Made by a program: the position numbers and the translations under genes. 64,000 bases of DNA from Tubiluchus corallicola (taxonomy: Eukaryota > Animalia > Priapulida): assembly GCA_030141605.1 (NCBI GenBank), contig JAQGDQ010001046.1:3885-67884 (forward strand), in the 5' to 3' direction. A model generated the notes under the pieces. It worked only from the letters and a program-made list of their open reading frames with translations, ran no database searches and was not told the origin of the DNA. Positions within the stretch are counted from its first letter, which is position 1. Each line of letters opens with the position of its first letter. Shown here piece by piece: positions 37,432-50,105 of this stretch.

Positions 37432-38997
37432 TCATATTATGCTGGTACAGATTGTCAGAAGTAATGTCAAGAATATGTTTGTCTGTGTTGTCGAAGTTCC
37501 TCCATGGATAAGAGCCCTGATGTTATTTGTGCTGCAGTTAAAGTCTGAAATTTTTAGTGGACTGTATAATTGTGGTTTCCAGCAATCCACTACGTATTTC
37601 TTCCATTTTACTTGCATCATCCAGATGGCATCGCAGTCACAAACTAATCTGCTGCCTCGCAAATAGAATTTCACGTTAAGAAAGTTAGTGTTTCTATGCA
37701 GGAGTGGTTTTGTCATGCGACGTATCTTCGTGTACATGATATAGATGGCGCGAATGTTAGGATTGTTTGAAAGATCAAGGTTGACAGTTGTGAGATCTTT
37801 GCTTTGCTTCAAGTGCTGCAATCTAAGCGAGCGTAAGCGATACATATTGTAAAATGCTTTGGGGTGAATCGCTGTCATTCCTTTAATGTACTTCACAGCG
37901 AGAGATACAGGCGAGCCTTGCGTAAAGTTTTCTCCGAGGTCGTCCATGTGGCCATAGTCGATTGCCAGGGTGTTAACATGCTTGCCTTCCAAAAAATTAT
38001 TTGGCCAACTTTTCGCTTTAAACACGGTGATTTCTAAATCCAGGGCAAGACCAAAACCTGGATATGGGACCGAATTTGATATTTCCTCCAGTTTTGTGGA
38101 ATCCAAGTCCATTTGCTTGCCATTGCAAATTATCACGCAATTTGATTTCCATTTTTTAATTACATTACACGTGGATATAGTGAAGCTGCAATCTTCATAT
38201 ATACTCGTATCGTTGGGACAAAAATCTAGAATGGTCAGTGAAGACGCCCAAGAATGGACTTCAGGCTTTTTGCCTGCTACATGCCAGCAGTGTATTTTAC
38301 TACTACGCCACTGGTTTTTTTTCATCCATACGGTTCTACAATCACATCTAAAATTCTCATTTAGTTCGAATGTAATCTTCACTTTCTCGGGCGTCACACC
38401 TGCATGAAATTTTGGCTTATCCATCGTAGCGATCGCGGTTTTTATTACATGAAGTTCTTCAAATTTTGGAGAGTTTGACACATCCAAAAAATGCCACTCT
38501 GTCAGACTTTGACAATAGTCAACAAACAGATGTTTTAGTGAAATTAAATTTTTGAATGCCTTTGGATGTATTTTTACTAGTTGTTTGTTTTCCTTTATTT
38601 TAACAAATTCAACACCTTGCGCTAGTAGAAAGTTCTCCCGGAGTTCTGTTATCCCATCACTTTCTTTTATTTGGAATTCCTCAACTTCAATGTCTTGTAA
38701 AAAATTTGATGGTAGTGCATTGCTTTCGTAGCGCTTCACTGTAATGTCAAATGCCTTTCCACCAAGGTGAGAGTTTATTGCTGTTCGTAATTTTTCGACA
38801 ATACCTGCGTTGGTTGTGCCATCAAAGCCACAAGTGATGCCAGTGTCACCCCGTGCATTTTCAGACCTCCAGCAGTTTTCACTAAGAATTCCGCTTGACG
38901 TACCGACAAATATATCCGTATACGTGCTGACATCCAGTGTAATAAAAATGAGGCAGAAAACTTTCACAGAACTGCTGTTTGGGGGTATTAGTGCCAT
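37432..38997 (-). CDS. Intronless LRR protein A, predicted signal peptide and GPI signal, two capped LRR modules (A-B), 521 aa
   Basis: Hydrophobic VFCLIFITL N-terminus; LRR-like IHPKAFKNLISLKHLFVD; LRRCT caps ENFRCDCRTVWM and LVCDCDAIWM; C-terminal GGTSTTQTNIFLTLLLTICTSII. Confidence 0.8.
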   Translation of the reverse strand: MALIPPNSSSVKVFCLIFITLDVSTYTDIFVGTSSGILSENCWRSENARGDTGITCGFDGTTNAGIVEKLRTAINSHLGGKAFDITVKRYESNALPSNFLQDIEVEEFQIKESDGITELRENFLLAQGVEFVKIKENKQLVKIHPKAFKNLISLKHLFVDYCQSLTEWHFLDVSNSPKFEELHVIKTAIATMDKPKFHAGVTPEKVKITFELNENFRCDCRTVWMKKNQWRSSKIHCWHVAGKKPEVHSWASSLTILDFCPNDTSIYEDCSFTISTCNVIKKWKSNCVIICNGKQMDLDSTKLEEISNSVPYPGFGLALDLEITVFKAKSWPNNFLEGKHVNTLAIDYGHMDDLGENFTQGSPVSLAVKYIKGMTAIHPKAFYNMYRLRSLRLQHLKQSKDLTTVNLDLSNNPNIRAIYIMYTKIRRMTKPLLHRNTNFLNVKFYLRGSRLVCDCDAIWMMQVKWKKYVVDCWKPQLYSPLKISDFNCSTNNIRALIHGGTSTTQTNIFLTLLLTICTSII

Positions 38998-39370
38998 CAC
39001 ATGCGTTCCTGGATGTTTCCTGTTCCCCTAAGGCAGGATGTTGGCATGTTGTGACATGCAGCCAATGATTACTAGACGATACAAGCAGTTCACAGTCGTT
39101 ACTAATGACAACAATTGTTTAGTTGTGTCATCATATGTATGTATATAAGATACGAGGCTACAGCTCCGACGGCGGGACCATTTACGGTGATCTATATATC
39201 AAAAGAAAGGTCTCGATCTAGTGTTGTGCCATTGGGGGTTTAATTTTTGAATCGAGCCCACCGGGACGAACGTTGGGGCTCCATAACCTCCATAAATGGC
39301 CATTTTTCGGCCATTTTTTTTTTAGCAAACTTATACCATTATAATATTGCCATTAATAATAATAATACCA

Positions 39371-42300
39371 TTGCCAACAATAGAGCATCTAATTAACTCG
39401 TCGGCACTCCTCTTGGTAGACGTGTCCTAAAATATAGCCTACATCATTGTGTAGCCCTGTTCTTCCTCTTTCTAAAGAGCTATATATCTTCTTCTAAAAG
39501 TCCCACCAGGCGCCGCAAGAACGTTTTTTCTACAGGCAGTTTGACCAATATTTCGAAAAAATCGCGAGTTTGGTGCGGGAAAATGTCCGTTACAGGACAC
39601 CATGGCCCTCTCACGAATTCTAAATATGCCTACTACACCCACTGCTCAACGGGCTATCTATCCATAGCCAGCACCACCCATGGCCCATTCCCGTTGTCCA
39701 AAAATAAGAGGTATAAGTTTTGTAAAAAAAGGCCATTTATGGAGGTTTTTTGGCCCCCCAACGTTCGTCCTAGCTGCCATTCACCTGAAAATCATGACGT
39801 AATTCTCACGCCTCATGACTTTTCACAAGCACACCTTGGCTTTCTGTAAGCGTGCGCTGCTTCAACTAAAACACGAAACTTTTTTTTATTAATCGACGGA
39901 TATGCTGCACAGCGTTAGCATTTGCTAAGCTCTATTGCTCCTGGGCAAAACTGGGTTTAGTGGCTGCCTAAACCCCGGCTCCCTACCCTTTGGACACCCT
40001 GTACCTGCATTTTTTAATGGTACCTCTTTGCCCGCCATAAGCAAAATGAAGAACCTACAGTGATGTAACGTTATGAATATCTTTACTATTCATATTGCTC
40101 CAATCAAGTGGACTAAATGAGAGATTAATGAGATGACTGGTGTTGCACGGCACAATCTAACTTTTTGAATCGAGGTTCAGTTTTTGACAGACTGACTCTC
40201 GTGCCTCTGCAAACGTCAAGGCAGTTTCGGGATTTTGTCCTGACTGTCACCATTGTTGAAAAGCTTTCATCACACAGGGTAAAAATTCACTGAAAGCTTT
40301 ACAGTGGACAGGGGTCATGACCTCGTCCAATAACCATGAATTGTTGGCTCTCTCAACAGAGATGTGTAAACCACCTGCTGATTATTATATAACACTTTTT
40401 TTTAATTGTCTAAGAGGCTTCGCAGGTACATCTTGTAGTGTTCACTGGTACCCCCAAGAGGTACTATTACGTCAGGTTGGGAACTGAGGGGTTCTTAAAT
40501 TGATGTATTTATAGGAAACCAGGTAAAACAAAACATAGAAGTACATGGAAGAAAAAGCTCTAGGAATTCATGTGGTTTATCAGCGCATATTATGCTCCCT
40601 CTTCTGGTATTGGAAAACGCAAAATTGTGTAAAATGTGTAATATTCTTCTAACTCTTGTTACAGTGGTTTGTTTTCCCACCAACCAGAATGAAGACTTTG
40701 CTTGGTGCTAAACCAATTGTTTGCTGGTTGTTGTGATCTTTGCCTGAATCTGATACAGAAGGTGCAATTTTTGTTTTCTTTACATGAGAACTACTTTCTA
40801 CGTTGTAGTTACATCTGACACTTTGAATTTCATTCTCTGATTGTTTAATGGTATAATTTATTTTATGCCTTGGTAGGTAGTTTCATAATTGTGCTAATTA
40901 TTTATTTGTTTTGATATATAGCCTTGAAAATGACAGTTGCTGTCGAAACAATCGTCTGTAGCAATAAACAACATATTTAATGATATAATTTATTTTAATC
41001 CTTGGTAGGTAGTTTCATAATTCTGCTAATTATTTGTCTTGGCTTCATTTATAGCATTGAAAATGACAGCTGATGTCTAAACAATCGTCTGCAGCAATAA
41101 AACAACATATTAAAACATAGAAAGTGCATTAATTCTTATAAGAGAACAGCTTCGCATTAATAATGATGAATCATACATGCGGGTATGATGATAAGAAGTT
41201 CATGTTGCTTTTGATTTTTTGTAGGAAACAATGTTTTTTGCCATGCACATTTGAACTTGAAATGGTGTAACTTGAACTAAATGAGTGGAAAATAAACAGG
41301 CCAATTTGAAAGGACAGCATCATCAGCACACCTCTGCAAACTTTCAAAAGCGTTACAGACAAGTTCGTTCCTTCTGTTTGCGAAACCTGTGCATGCAAAC
41401 CATCTCACATATTGTTCCCACTGCCCCCGTGTACCCATAGTCAAGTCAAGAACCAAATTAAGAATTTCATGTTAAGGGGTTATTACAAAGTACAGCATGC
41501 ATAAAATTCGTGCATAGAGCGAACTTGTTCTAACTTTCATACTAGACTAGCAAAGCCCCTGTAAAAAATTTTGCGTATAAATACACTTATAATCAATAAT
41601 ACGTAATCATCCTACATAGTCCTCACTTATAACGCAAAACCAGCAGCAGCTTTTACTGAATTAAAGTTATAGGTAGAGTATAAGGGATGACGTCAGAACA
41701 ATGAAAAAATTGCCAACAATAGAGCATCTAATTAACTCGTCGGCACTCCTCTTGGTAGACGTGTCCTAAAATATAGCCCACATCATCGTGTAGCCCCGAT
41801 CTTCCTCCTTCTAAAGAGCTATATATCTTCTTCTAAAAGTCCCACCAGGCGCCGCAAGAACGTTTTTTCTACAGGCAGTTTGACCAATATTTCGAAAAAA
41901 TCGCGAGTTGGGTGCGGGAAAATGTCCGTTACAGGACACCATGGCCCTCTCACGAATTCTAAATATGCCTACTACACCCACTGCTGAACGGGCTATCTAT
42001 CCATAGCCAGCACCACCCATGGCCCATTCCCGTTGTCCAGAAATAAAAGGTATAAGTTTTGTAAAAAAAGGCCATTTATGGAGGTTTTTTGGCCCCCCCA
42101 ACGTTCGTCTTAGCTGCCATTCACCTGAAAATCATGACGTAATTCTCACGCCTCATGACTTTTCACAAGCACACCTTGGCTTTCTGTAAGCGTGCGCTGC
42201 TTCAACTAAAACACGAAACTTTTTTTTATTAATCGACGGATATGCTGCACAGCGTTAGCATTTGCTAAGCTCTATTGCTCCTGGGCAAAACTGGGTTTAG

Positions 42301-43918
42301 TGGCTGCCTAAACCCCGGCTCCCTACCCTTTGGACACCCTGTACCTACATTTTTTAATGGTACCTCTTTGCCCGCCATAAGCAAAATGAAGAACCTACAG
42401 TGATGTAACGTTATGAATATCTTTATTATTCATATTGCTCCAATCAAGTGGACTAAATGAGAGATTAATGAGATGACTGGTGTTGCACGGCACAATCTAA
42501 CTTTTTGAATCGAGGTTCAGTTTTTGACAGACTGACTCTCGTGCCTCTGCAAACGTCAAGGCAGTTTCGGGATTTTGTCCTGACTGTCACCATTGTTGAA
42601 AAGCTTTCTTCACACAGGGTAAAAATTCACTGAAAGCTTTACAGTGGACAGGGGTCATGACCTCGTCCAATATCCATGAATTGTTGGCTCTCTCAACAGA
42701 GATGTGTAAACCACCTGCTGATTATTATATAACACTTTTTTTAAAATTGTCTAAGAGGCTTCGCAGGTACATCTTGTAGTGTTCACTGGTACCCCCAAGA
42801 GGTACTATTACGTCAGGTTGGGAACTGAGGGGTTCCTAAACTGATGTAATTATAGGAAACCAGGTAAAACAAAACATAGAAGTACATGGAAGAAAAAGCT
42901 CTAGGAATTCATGTTGTTTATTAGCGCATATTATGCTCCCTCTTGTGATAGTGGAAAATGCTAAATTGTGTAAAATGTGCATTATTCTTCTAACTCTTGT
43001 TACAGTGGTTTGTTTTCCCACCAACCAGTAGGTAGGTTTTGCTTGGTGCTAAACTAATTGTTTGCTGGTTGTTGTGATCTTTGCTTGAATCTGATACAGA
43101 AGGTGCAATTTTTGTTTTCTTTACACGAGAACCTCTTTCTAAGTTGCAGTTACATCTGACACTTTGAATTTCATTCTCTGATTGTTTAATGGTATAATTT
43201 ATTTTATGCCTTGGTAGGTAGTTTCATAATTGTGCTAATTATTTGTTTTGGCTTGATTTAGAGCATTGAAAATGACAGTTGGTATCGAAACAATCGTCTG
43301 CAGCAATAAACAACATATTAAAACATAGAAAGTGCATTAATTCTTATAAGAGAACAGCTTGGCATTAATACTGATGAATCATACATGCGGGTATGATGAT
43401 AAGAAGTTCATGTTGCTTTTGATTTTTTGTAGGAAACAATGTTTTTTTGCCATGCACATTTGAACTTGAAATGGTGTAACTTGAACTAAATGAGTGGAAA
43501 ATAAACAGACCAATTTGAAAGGACAGCATCATCAGCACACCTCTGCAAACTTTCAAAAGCGTTACAGACAAGTTCGTTCCTTCTGTTTAAGAAACCTGTG
43601 CATGCAAACCAACTCACATATTGTCCCCACTGCCCCCATGTACCCATAGTCAAGTCAAGGACCAAATTAAGAATTTCATGTTAAGGGCTTATTACAAAGT
43701 ACAGCATGCATAAAATTCGTGCATAGAGCGAACTTGTCGTAACTTTCATACTAGACTAGCAAAGCCCCTGTAAAAAATTTTGCGTATAAATACACTTATA
43801 ATCAATAATACGTAATCATCCTACATAGTCCTCACTTATAACGCAAAACCAGCAGCAGCTTTTACTGAATTAAAGTTATAGGCAGAGTATAAGGGATGAC
43901 ATCAGAACAATGAAAAAA
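39371..43918. repeat. Two tandem segmental units (about 2.34 kb and 2.21 kb) followed by a partial third
   Basis: TTGCCAACAATAGAGCATCT at 39371 and 41710, variant at 43919; ORFs 40495/42836 and 41171/43365 are duplicated. Confidence 0.9.
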
Positions 43919-44470
43919 TTGCTAAAAATAGAACATCTAATTAACTCGTCGGTACTCCTCTTGGTAGACGTGTCCTAAAATATAGCCCACACCATCGTGT
44001 AGCCCTGTTCTTCCTCTTTCTATAGAGCCATATATCTCCTTCCGAGAGTCCCACCAGGTGCCACTAGAACGTTTTTTCTGCAGGCTGTTTGACAAAAATT
44101 TCGAAAAAATCGCAAGTTTGGTGCGGGAAAATGCCCGTTGCAGCACGCCATGGCCCTCTCGTGAATTCTAAATATGCCTACTACACCCACTGCTGAACGG
44201 GCTATCAATCCATAGCCAGCACCTCCCATGGCTCGTTCCCATTGTCCAAAAATAAGAGGTATAAGTTTTGCAAAAAACGGCCAAAAATGGCCATTTTTTC
44301 GAGGTTTTTTAGCCCCCCTCCCCCTAACGTTCGTCTCGGTGAACCCAATTCGAAAAATAAACCCCCAATGGCACGACACTAGATCGAGACCTTTCTTTTG
44401 ATATATAGATCACCGTAAATGGTCCCGCCGTCGGAGCTGTAGCCTCGAATCTTATATGTATATACACATG
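43756..44470 (-). mobile_element. Helitron-like non-autonomous element directly upstream of LRR gene B (copies also about 41546, 39100-39300, 47940-48080, 49030-49705)
   Basis: Minus-strand end ...GCAAAATTTTTTACAGGGGCTTTGCTAG|T (degenerate hairpin plus CTAG); no TIR or TSD seen. Confidence 0.55.
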
Positions 44471-44587
44471 ATGACACAACTAAACAATTGTTGTCATTAG
44501 TAACGACTGTGAACTGCTTGTATCCTCTAGTAACAACATGCTGTCGTCCTGCCTTAGGGGAACAAGAAACTTCCAGCAATGCATGTG

Positions 44588-47509
44588 ATGGCACTAATAC
44601 CCCCAAACGGCAGTTCTGTGAAAGTTTTCTGCCTCATTTTTATTACACTGGATGTCAGCACGTATACGGATATATTTGTCGGTACGTCAAGCGGAATTCT
44701 TAGTGAAAACTGCTGGAGGTCTGAAAATGCACGGGGCGACACTGGCATCACTTGCGGCTTTGATGGCACAACCAATGCAGGTATTGTCGAAAAATTACGA
44801 ACAGCAATAAAATCTCGCCTTGATGGAAAGGCATTTCACATTACAGTGAAGCGCTACAAAAGCAACGCACTCCCATCGAATCTTTTGCAAGACATTGAAG
44901 TTGAGGAATTCCAAATAGAAGAAAGTGATGGGATAACAGAACTCTGGGAGAACTTTCTACTCGCGCACGGTGTTGAATTTGTTAAAATAAAGGAAAACAA
45001 ACAACTAGTAAAAATACATCCAAAGGCATTCAAAAATTTAATTTCACTAAAACATCTGTTTATTGACAAATGTCAAAGTCTGGCAGAGTGGCATTTTTTG
45101 GACGTGTCAAATTCTCCAAAATTTGAAGAACTTCATGTAAAAGCAACCGCGATCGCTACCATGGATATGCCAAAATTTCATGCAGGTGTAACGCCCGAGA
45201 AAGTGAAGATTACATTCGAACTAAATGAGAATTTTACATGTGATTGTAGAACTGTTTGGATGAAAAAGAACCAGTGGCGTAGTAGTAAAATATACTGCTG
45301 GCATGTAGCAGGCAAAAAGCCTGGAGGCCATTACTGGGCATCTTCACTGACCATTGAACACTTTTGTCCCAAAGACAATGCAACAACAGAATATGAAGGT
45401 TGCAACCTCAACATGTCCACATGTAAGGTAATTCCACTGCGAGACTTTGAATGCCAGACAGTTTGTGATGGCAAGAAGATGGACCTCGATTCCAGAAAGC
45501 TGCAGGAAATATCAAATTCGCTGCCACATCCAAAATCCGGCATTACCATATGGTTAACAATCACCTCGCTTAAAGAAAGAAGCTTGCCAGGGAATTTTTT
45601 GAAAGGCAATCATGTTAGAACCCTGGTAATCGAACACAGCCGTATGGACGACCTCGGAGAAAACTTTACACAAGGCTCGGCTGAAAATGTTCATTTGAGC
45701 TACATTAAAGGAATGAAAGTGATTCACCCTAAGGCATTTTACAATATGTACGATCGTTTACACTCGGTTCACTTGAAGCACTGCGAAGACCTCACAACAG
45801 CCAATCTCGATCTTTCCAACAATCTTAACATTCGCGTCATCTACATCGAAAAGACGAACATACGTCGCGTGACAAAACCGCTCCTGCATACAAACAATAA
45901 CTTCCGTAACATAAAATTCACGATGACGCAGAGCCGATTAGTTTGTGACTGCAAGGCTATGTGGATAATGGAAGTAGATTGGGAGAAATGTACTGTGGAC
46001 TGCTGGGAGCCACAAATAAGCAGCAAAAAACTAAAAATTTCAGACTTTAACTGCAACTTAAATGGCACATCAAGTAAAATTTTTAGTGAAAACTGCCGGA
46101 GGTTTGAAAGTAACATCACTTGTGGCTTTGATGGCACAACCAATGCAGGTATTGTCGAAAAATTACGAACAGCAATAAAATCTCGCCTTGGTGGAAAGGT
46201 ATTCCACATTACAGTGAAGCGTTACGAAAACAACGCACTCCCATCGAATCTTTTGCAAGACATTGAAGTTGAGAAATTCCAAATAGAAGAAAGTGATGGG
46301 ATAACAGAACTCCGGGAGAACTTTCTACTCGCAGACGGTGTTGAATTTGTTAAAATAAAGGAAAACAAACGACTAGTTAAAATACATCCAAAGGCATTCA
46401 AAAATTTAATTTCACTAAAACATCTGTTTGTTGACAACTGTCAAAGTCTGACAGAATGGCATTTGTTGGACGTGTCAAACTCTCCAAAATTTGAAGAAAT
46501 TCATGTAAAAGCAACTGGGATTGCTACCATGGATATGCCAAAATTTCATGCAGGTGTAACGCCCGAGAAAGTGAAGATTACATTCGATACAAATCAGCAA
46601 TTTAGATGTGATTGTAGAATCGTATGGATGAAAAAAAACCAGTGGCGTAGTAGTAAGATATACTGCTCGAATGTAGCAGGCAGAAAGTTAAATTGCTGGC
46701 TGTCTTCACTGACCATTCAACAATTTTGTTACAACAGTACGAGAGTAGATCAAGGTTGCAATTCAATCACTATATCCACGTGTCAGATAACTCCGGTGAC
46801 GCAATTTCAATGCTCGATAGTTTGCGATGGCAAGCAAATGGACTTGGATTCCACAAAACTGGAGGAAATATCAAATTCGGTCCCATATCCAGGTTTTGGT
46901 CTCACCCTGTGGTTAAGAATCGTCTGGCTTAAAGCGAAAAGTTTGCCAAATAATTTTTTGGCAGGCAAGCATGTTAAAACCCTGGTAATCGAAGGCGGAA
47001 ACATGGACGACCTCGGAGAAAACTTTACGCACGGCTCGGCTGAAAATGTCTATTTGAGTTACATCAAAGGAATGAAAGTGATTCACCCCAGAGCATTTTA
47101 CAATATGCATCGTTTAGAGGTTCTCAAATTGAAGCAATGCAAAGATCTCACAACTGTCAACCTCGATCTTTCAAACAATCCTAACATTCGCGCCATCTTT
47201 ATCCAGGAGACGAACATACATCACATGACAAAACCGCTCCTGCATAGAAACAATAACTTCCGTAACATAGCATTCATGTTGAAGCAAAGCAAATTGCTCT
47301 GCGACTGCGAAACCATCTGGATAATGCAAGTAAAATGGAAGAATTACTTAGTCAACTGCTGGAAGCCACAATTATTCAATCCGCAAAAAATTTCAGACTT
47401 TAACTGCAGCTTAAATAACATCAGGGCTCTTTTCGATGGAGGAACTTCGACAACACAGACAAACATATTCTTGACAATCCTTTTGACAATCTGTACCAGC
47501 ATAATATGA
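44588..47509 (+). CDS. Intronless LRR protein B, predicted signal peptide and GPI signal, four modules (A-B-A-B), 973 aa
   Basis: Paralogue of 37432-38997 with an internal duplication of about 1.38 kb (TAGTGAAAACTG at about 44701 and 46084); an alternative ATG lies at 44579. Confidence 0.82.
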   Translation: MALIPPNGSSVKVFCLIFITLDVSTYTDIFVGTSSGILSENCWRSENARGDTGITCGFDGTTNAGIVEKLRTAIKSRLDGKAFHITVKRYKSNALPSNLLQDIEVEEFQIEESDGITELWENFLLAHGVEFVKIKENKQLVKIHPKAFKNLISLKHLFIDKCQSLAEWHFLDVSNSPKFEELHVKATAIATMDMPKFHAGVTPEKVKITFELNENFTCDCRTVWMKKNQWRSSKIYCWHVAGKKPGGHYWASSLTIEHFCPKDNATTEYEGCNLNMSTCKVIPLRDFECQTVCDGKKMDLDSRKLQEISNSLPHPKSGITIWLTITSLKERSLPGNFLKGNHVRTLVIEHSRMDDLGENFTQGSAENVHLSYIKGMKVIHPKAFYNMYDRLHSVHLKHCEDLTTANLDLSNNLNIRVIYIEKTNIRRVTKPLLHTNNNFRNIKFTMTQSRLVCDCKAMWIMEVDWEKCTVDCWEPQISSKKLKISDFNCNLNGTSSKIFSENCRRFESNITCGFDGTTNAGIVEKLRTAIKSRLGGKVFHITVKRYENNALPSNLLQDIEVEKFQIEESDGITELRENFLLADGVEFVKIKENKRLVKIHPKAFKNLISLKHLFVDNCQSLTEWHLLDVSNSPKFEEIHVKATGIATMDMPKFHAGVTPEKVKITFDTNQQFRCDCRIVWMKKNQWRSSKIYCSNVAGRKLNCWLSSLTIQQFCYNSTRVDQGCNSITISTCQITPVTQFQCSIVCDGKQMDLDSTKLEEISNSVPYPGFGLTLWLRIVWLKAKSLPNNFLAGKHVKTLVIEGGNMDDLGENFTHGSAENVYLSYIKGMKVIHPRAFYNMHRLEVLKLKQCKDLTTVNLDLSNNPNIRAIFIQETNIHHMTKPLLHRNNNFRNIAFMLKQSKLLCDCETIWIMQVKWKNYLVNCWKPQLFNPQKISDFNCSLNNIRALFDGGTSTTQTNIFLTILLTICTSII

Positions 47510-48416
47510 ACGGAATTTGGTTCTAGTGAAGTTTAAACAAAGTCCATGTCGCTTAGTATGCATGGTTTTACGTTACTGGCGTCATTTAAACTTAGAAAAA
47601 TATAACAAAGAAATTTGGTAAAACTATTTTTAAAGCATAAGACAATTTGTATTGTTAAAACAAAGTACATCTCACTTAGTATGCATGGTTTTACGTTACT
47701 GGTGTCATTTAAACTTAGAAAAATATAACAAAGAAATTTGGTAAAACTATTTTTAAAGCATAAGGAAATTTGTTTTGTCACTGTATAAAATTTTTTATGC
47801 ACAGTGGAGTGGTAGCTGCCATTCACCTGAAAATCATGACGTAATTCTAATGCCTCATGACTTTTCGCAAGCACATCTTGGCTTTCTGTAAGCGTGCGCT
47901 GCTTCAACTAAAACAAGAAACTTTTTTTATTAATCAATGCAAAGCCATTATAATCTGCTTAAAACATTAATTCAGTAAAAGCTGCTGCTGCTGGCTTTGC
48001 ATTATAAATGAGGACTATGTAGGATGATCAAGTATTATTGATTATAAGTGTATTTATATGCAAAATTTTTTACATGGGCTGCTCAAGCAAAGTTTACTCA
48101 ACCTGTATAATTCAGACTTTTCATCAAGTCACTATTAATGAATTAAAAATCGAAACTAAAATTTATACCTTATTACATGTTACTTTCTTTTTACTCTTAA
48201 GCAAAATTAAACCATTTGTGTTTTAACACATCAACTTAGAAAAGCTACAGATCGTTTCAGTAGACGTTAGTTTAACATTTGTTTCGCTAGATGGCAGTTG
48301 ATGCATTACCACTGCTAAGAAACTGATATCTTATTGTAAACCTCTAAACTTTGTATTAGACAATCTAATCACTCCTAAAGTTTGGCTGTGAGTCAGGCTT
48401 TAGAGTATACAAAAGC

Positions 48417-48924
<508 letters not shown>

Positions 48925-49029
48925 TAGTATGAATCGGAGAATTTCAGTAAAAATTAAAAGGAAAAAATAGAAAAGCAAAGAAGCATTTGTACATACATAC
49001 AGAAATAATCCATGCAAATGATATTTATC

Positions 49030-49705
49030 AGCACCATTTGCGGCAATCTATATATCAAACGAGAGGACTCAATCTAGTGTCATGCCATTGGGGGTTTATT
49101 TTTCGAATCGGGCTCACCGGGACGAATGGGGGGCAAAAATCTCCAAAAATGGCCATTTTTTGCAAAACTTATGTCTCTTATTTCTGAAGAATGGGAATGG
49201 GCCGTGGGTGGTGCTGGCTATTGATAGATGGCCCGTTCAGCGTTGGGTGTAGTAGGCATATCTAGAATTCGCGTGAGGGCCACGGCAACCCGTAACGCAA
49301 TTTTTCCCGGATCCAACTCCAGTTTTTTTTCGAAATTTTGGTCAAACAGCCTGCGGCAAAAACGTTCTAGCGGTGCCTGGTGATACTCTCGAAAGGAGAT
49401 ATACGGCTCTTTAGAAAGAGCAAGAACAGGGCCACACGATGATGTAGGCTATATTTTAGGACACGTCCACTAAGAGGAGTACCGATGAGTTAATTAGATG
49501 CTCTATTTTCGGCAATTTTCGCTTGGGAAACTTGACGCAAAGCCATTGTTCTGACGTCACCATTATACTCTGTCTGTAACCTTATAATTTTAATTCAGTA
49601 AAAGCTACTGGCTTTGCGTTATAAATGATGACTATGTAGGATGTTCGCATATTTTTGATTATGAGTGTATTTATACGCGAATTTTTTTGTGGGGCCTTTG
49701 CTAAG
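49030..49705 (+). mobile_element. Helitron-like repeat copy
   Basis: Reverse complement of 43756-44420; ends CGCGAATTTTTTTGTGGGGCCTTTGCTA. Confidence 0.55.
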
Positions 49706-49840
49706 TTTGACTCCAAATTACACCCAAGTAATTAATATCTAATATAAACTCTGATTTGCATTTCTAATTATACTTCAGTATGTAGAAAGCGTTCAATGTC
49801 TTACCTACTCAAATCGTGCCACAACTACATTTTGTTACAG

Positions 49841-50006
49841 ATCCGCCGGATCACCGGTGCTATGGTGGCAGTGGCTGGTGGGCGATTATCGATTAGCGAT
49901 ATACAGTACATGCTGGACAATCCTAGTTACTTGAACTGGAATAACGGAGCAAGTTGTCTCTCCGGTTCGGGATTGTACTTGAAAGAAATACATTACGATG
50001 AAGAGG
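49841..50006 (+). CDS. PUSL1: PUSL1-like coding exon 7
   Basis: ttacAG | IRRITGAMVAVA..SGLYLKEIHY (Q-IRR and GL.L motifs) | GTGAGA. Confidence 0.9.
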
Positions 50007-50105
50007 GTGAGAGGATGTATTTAGTTTGTTTCAACATTTTGAGACTGTACTGCAGTGTGGTTAAACGGACGTTCACTAATCACAGTTCTGCTTACTTTAT
50101 TGGTA

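Noticed and set aside
44488-44703. Overlapping 71-aa ORF as the true N-terminus of LRR gene B
   Set aside because: TTG start and early stop; the main frame already has an ATG and hydrophobic leader conserved in both paralogues
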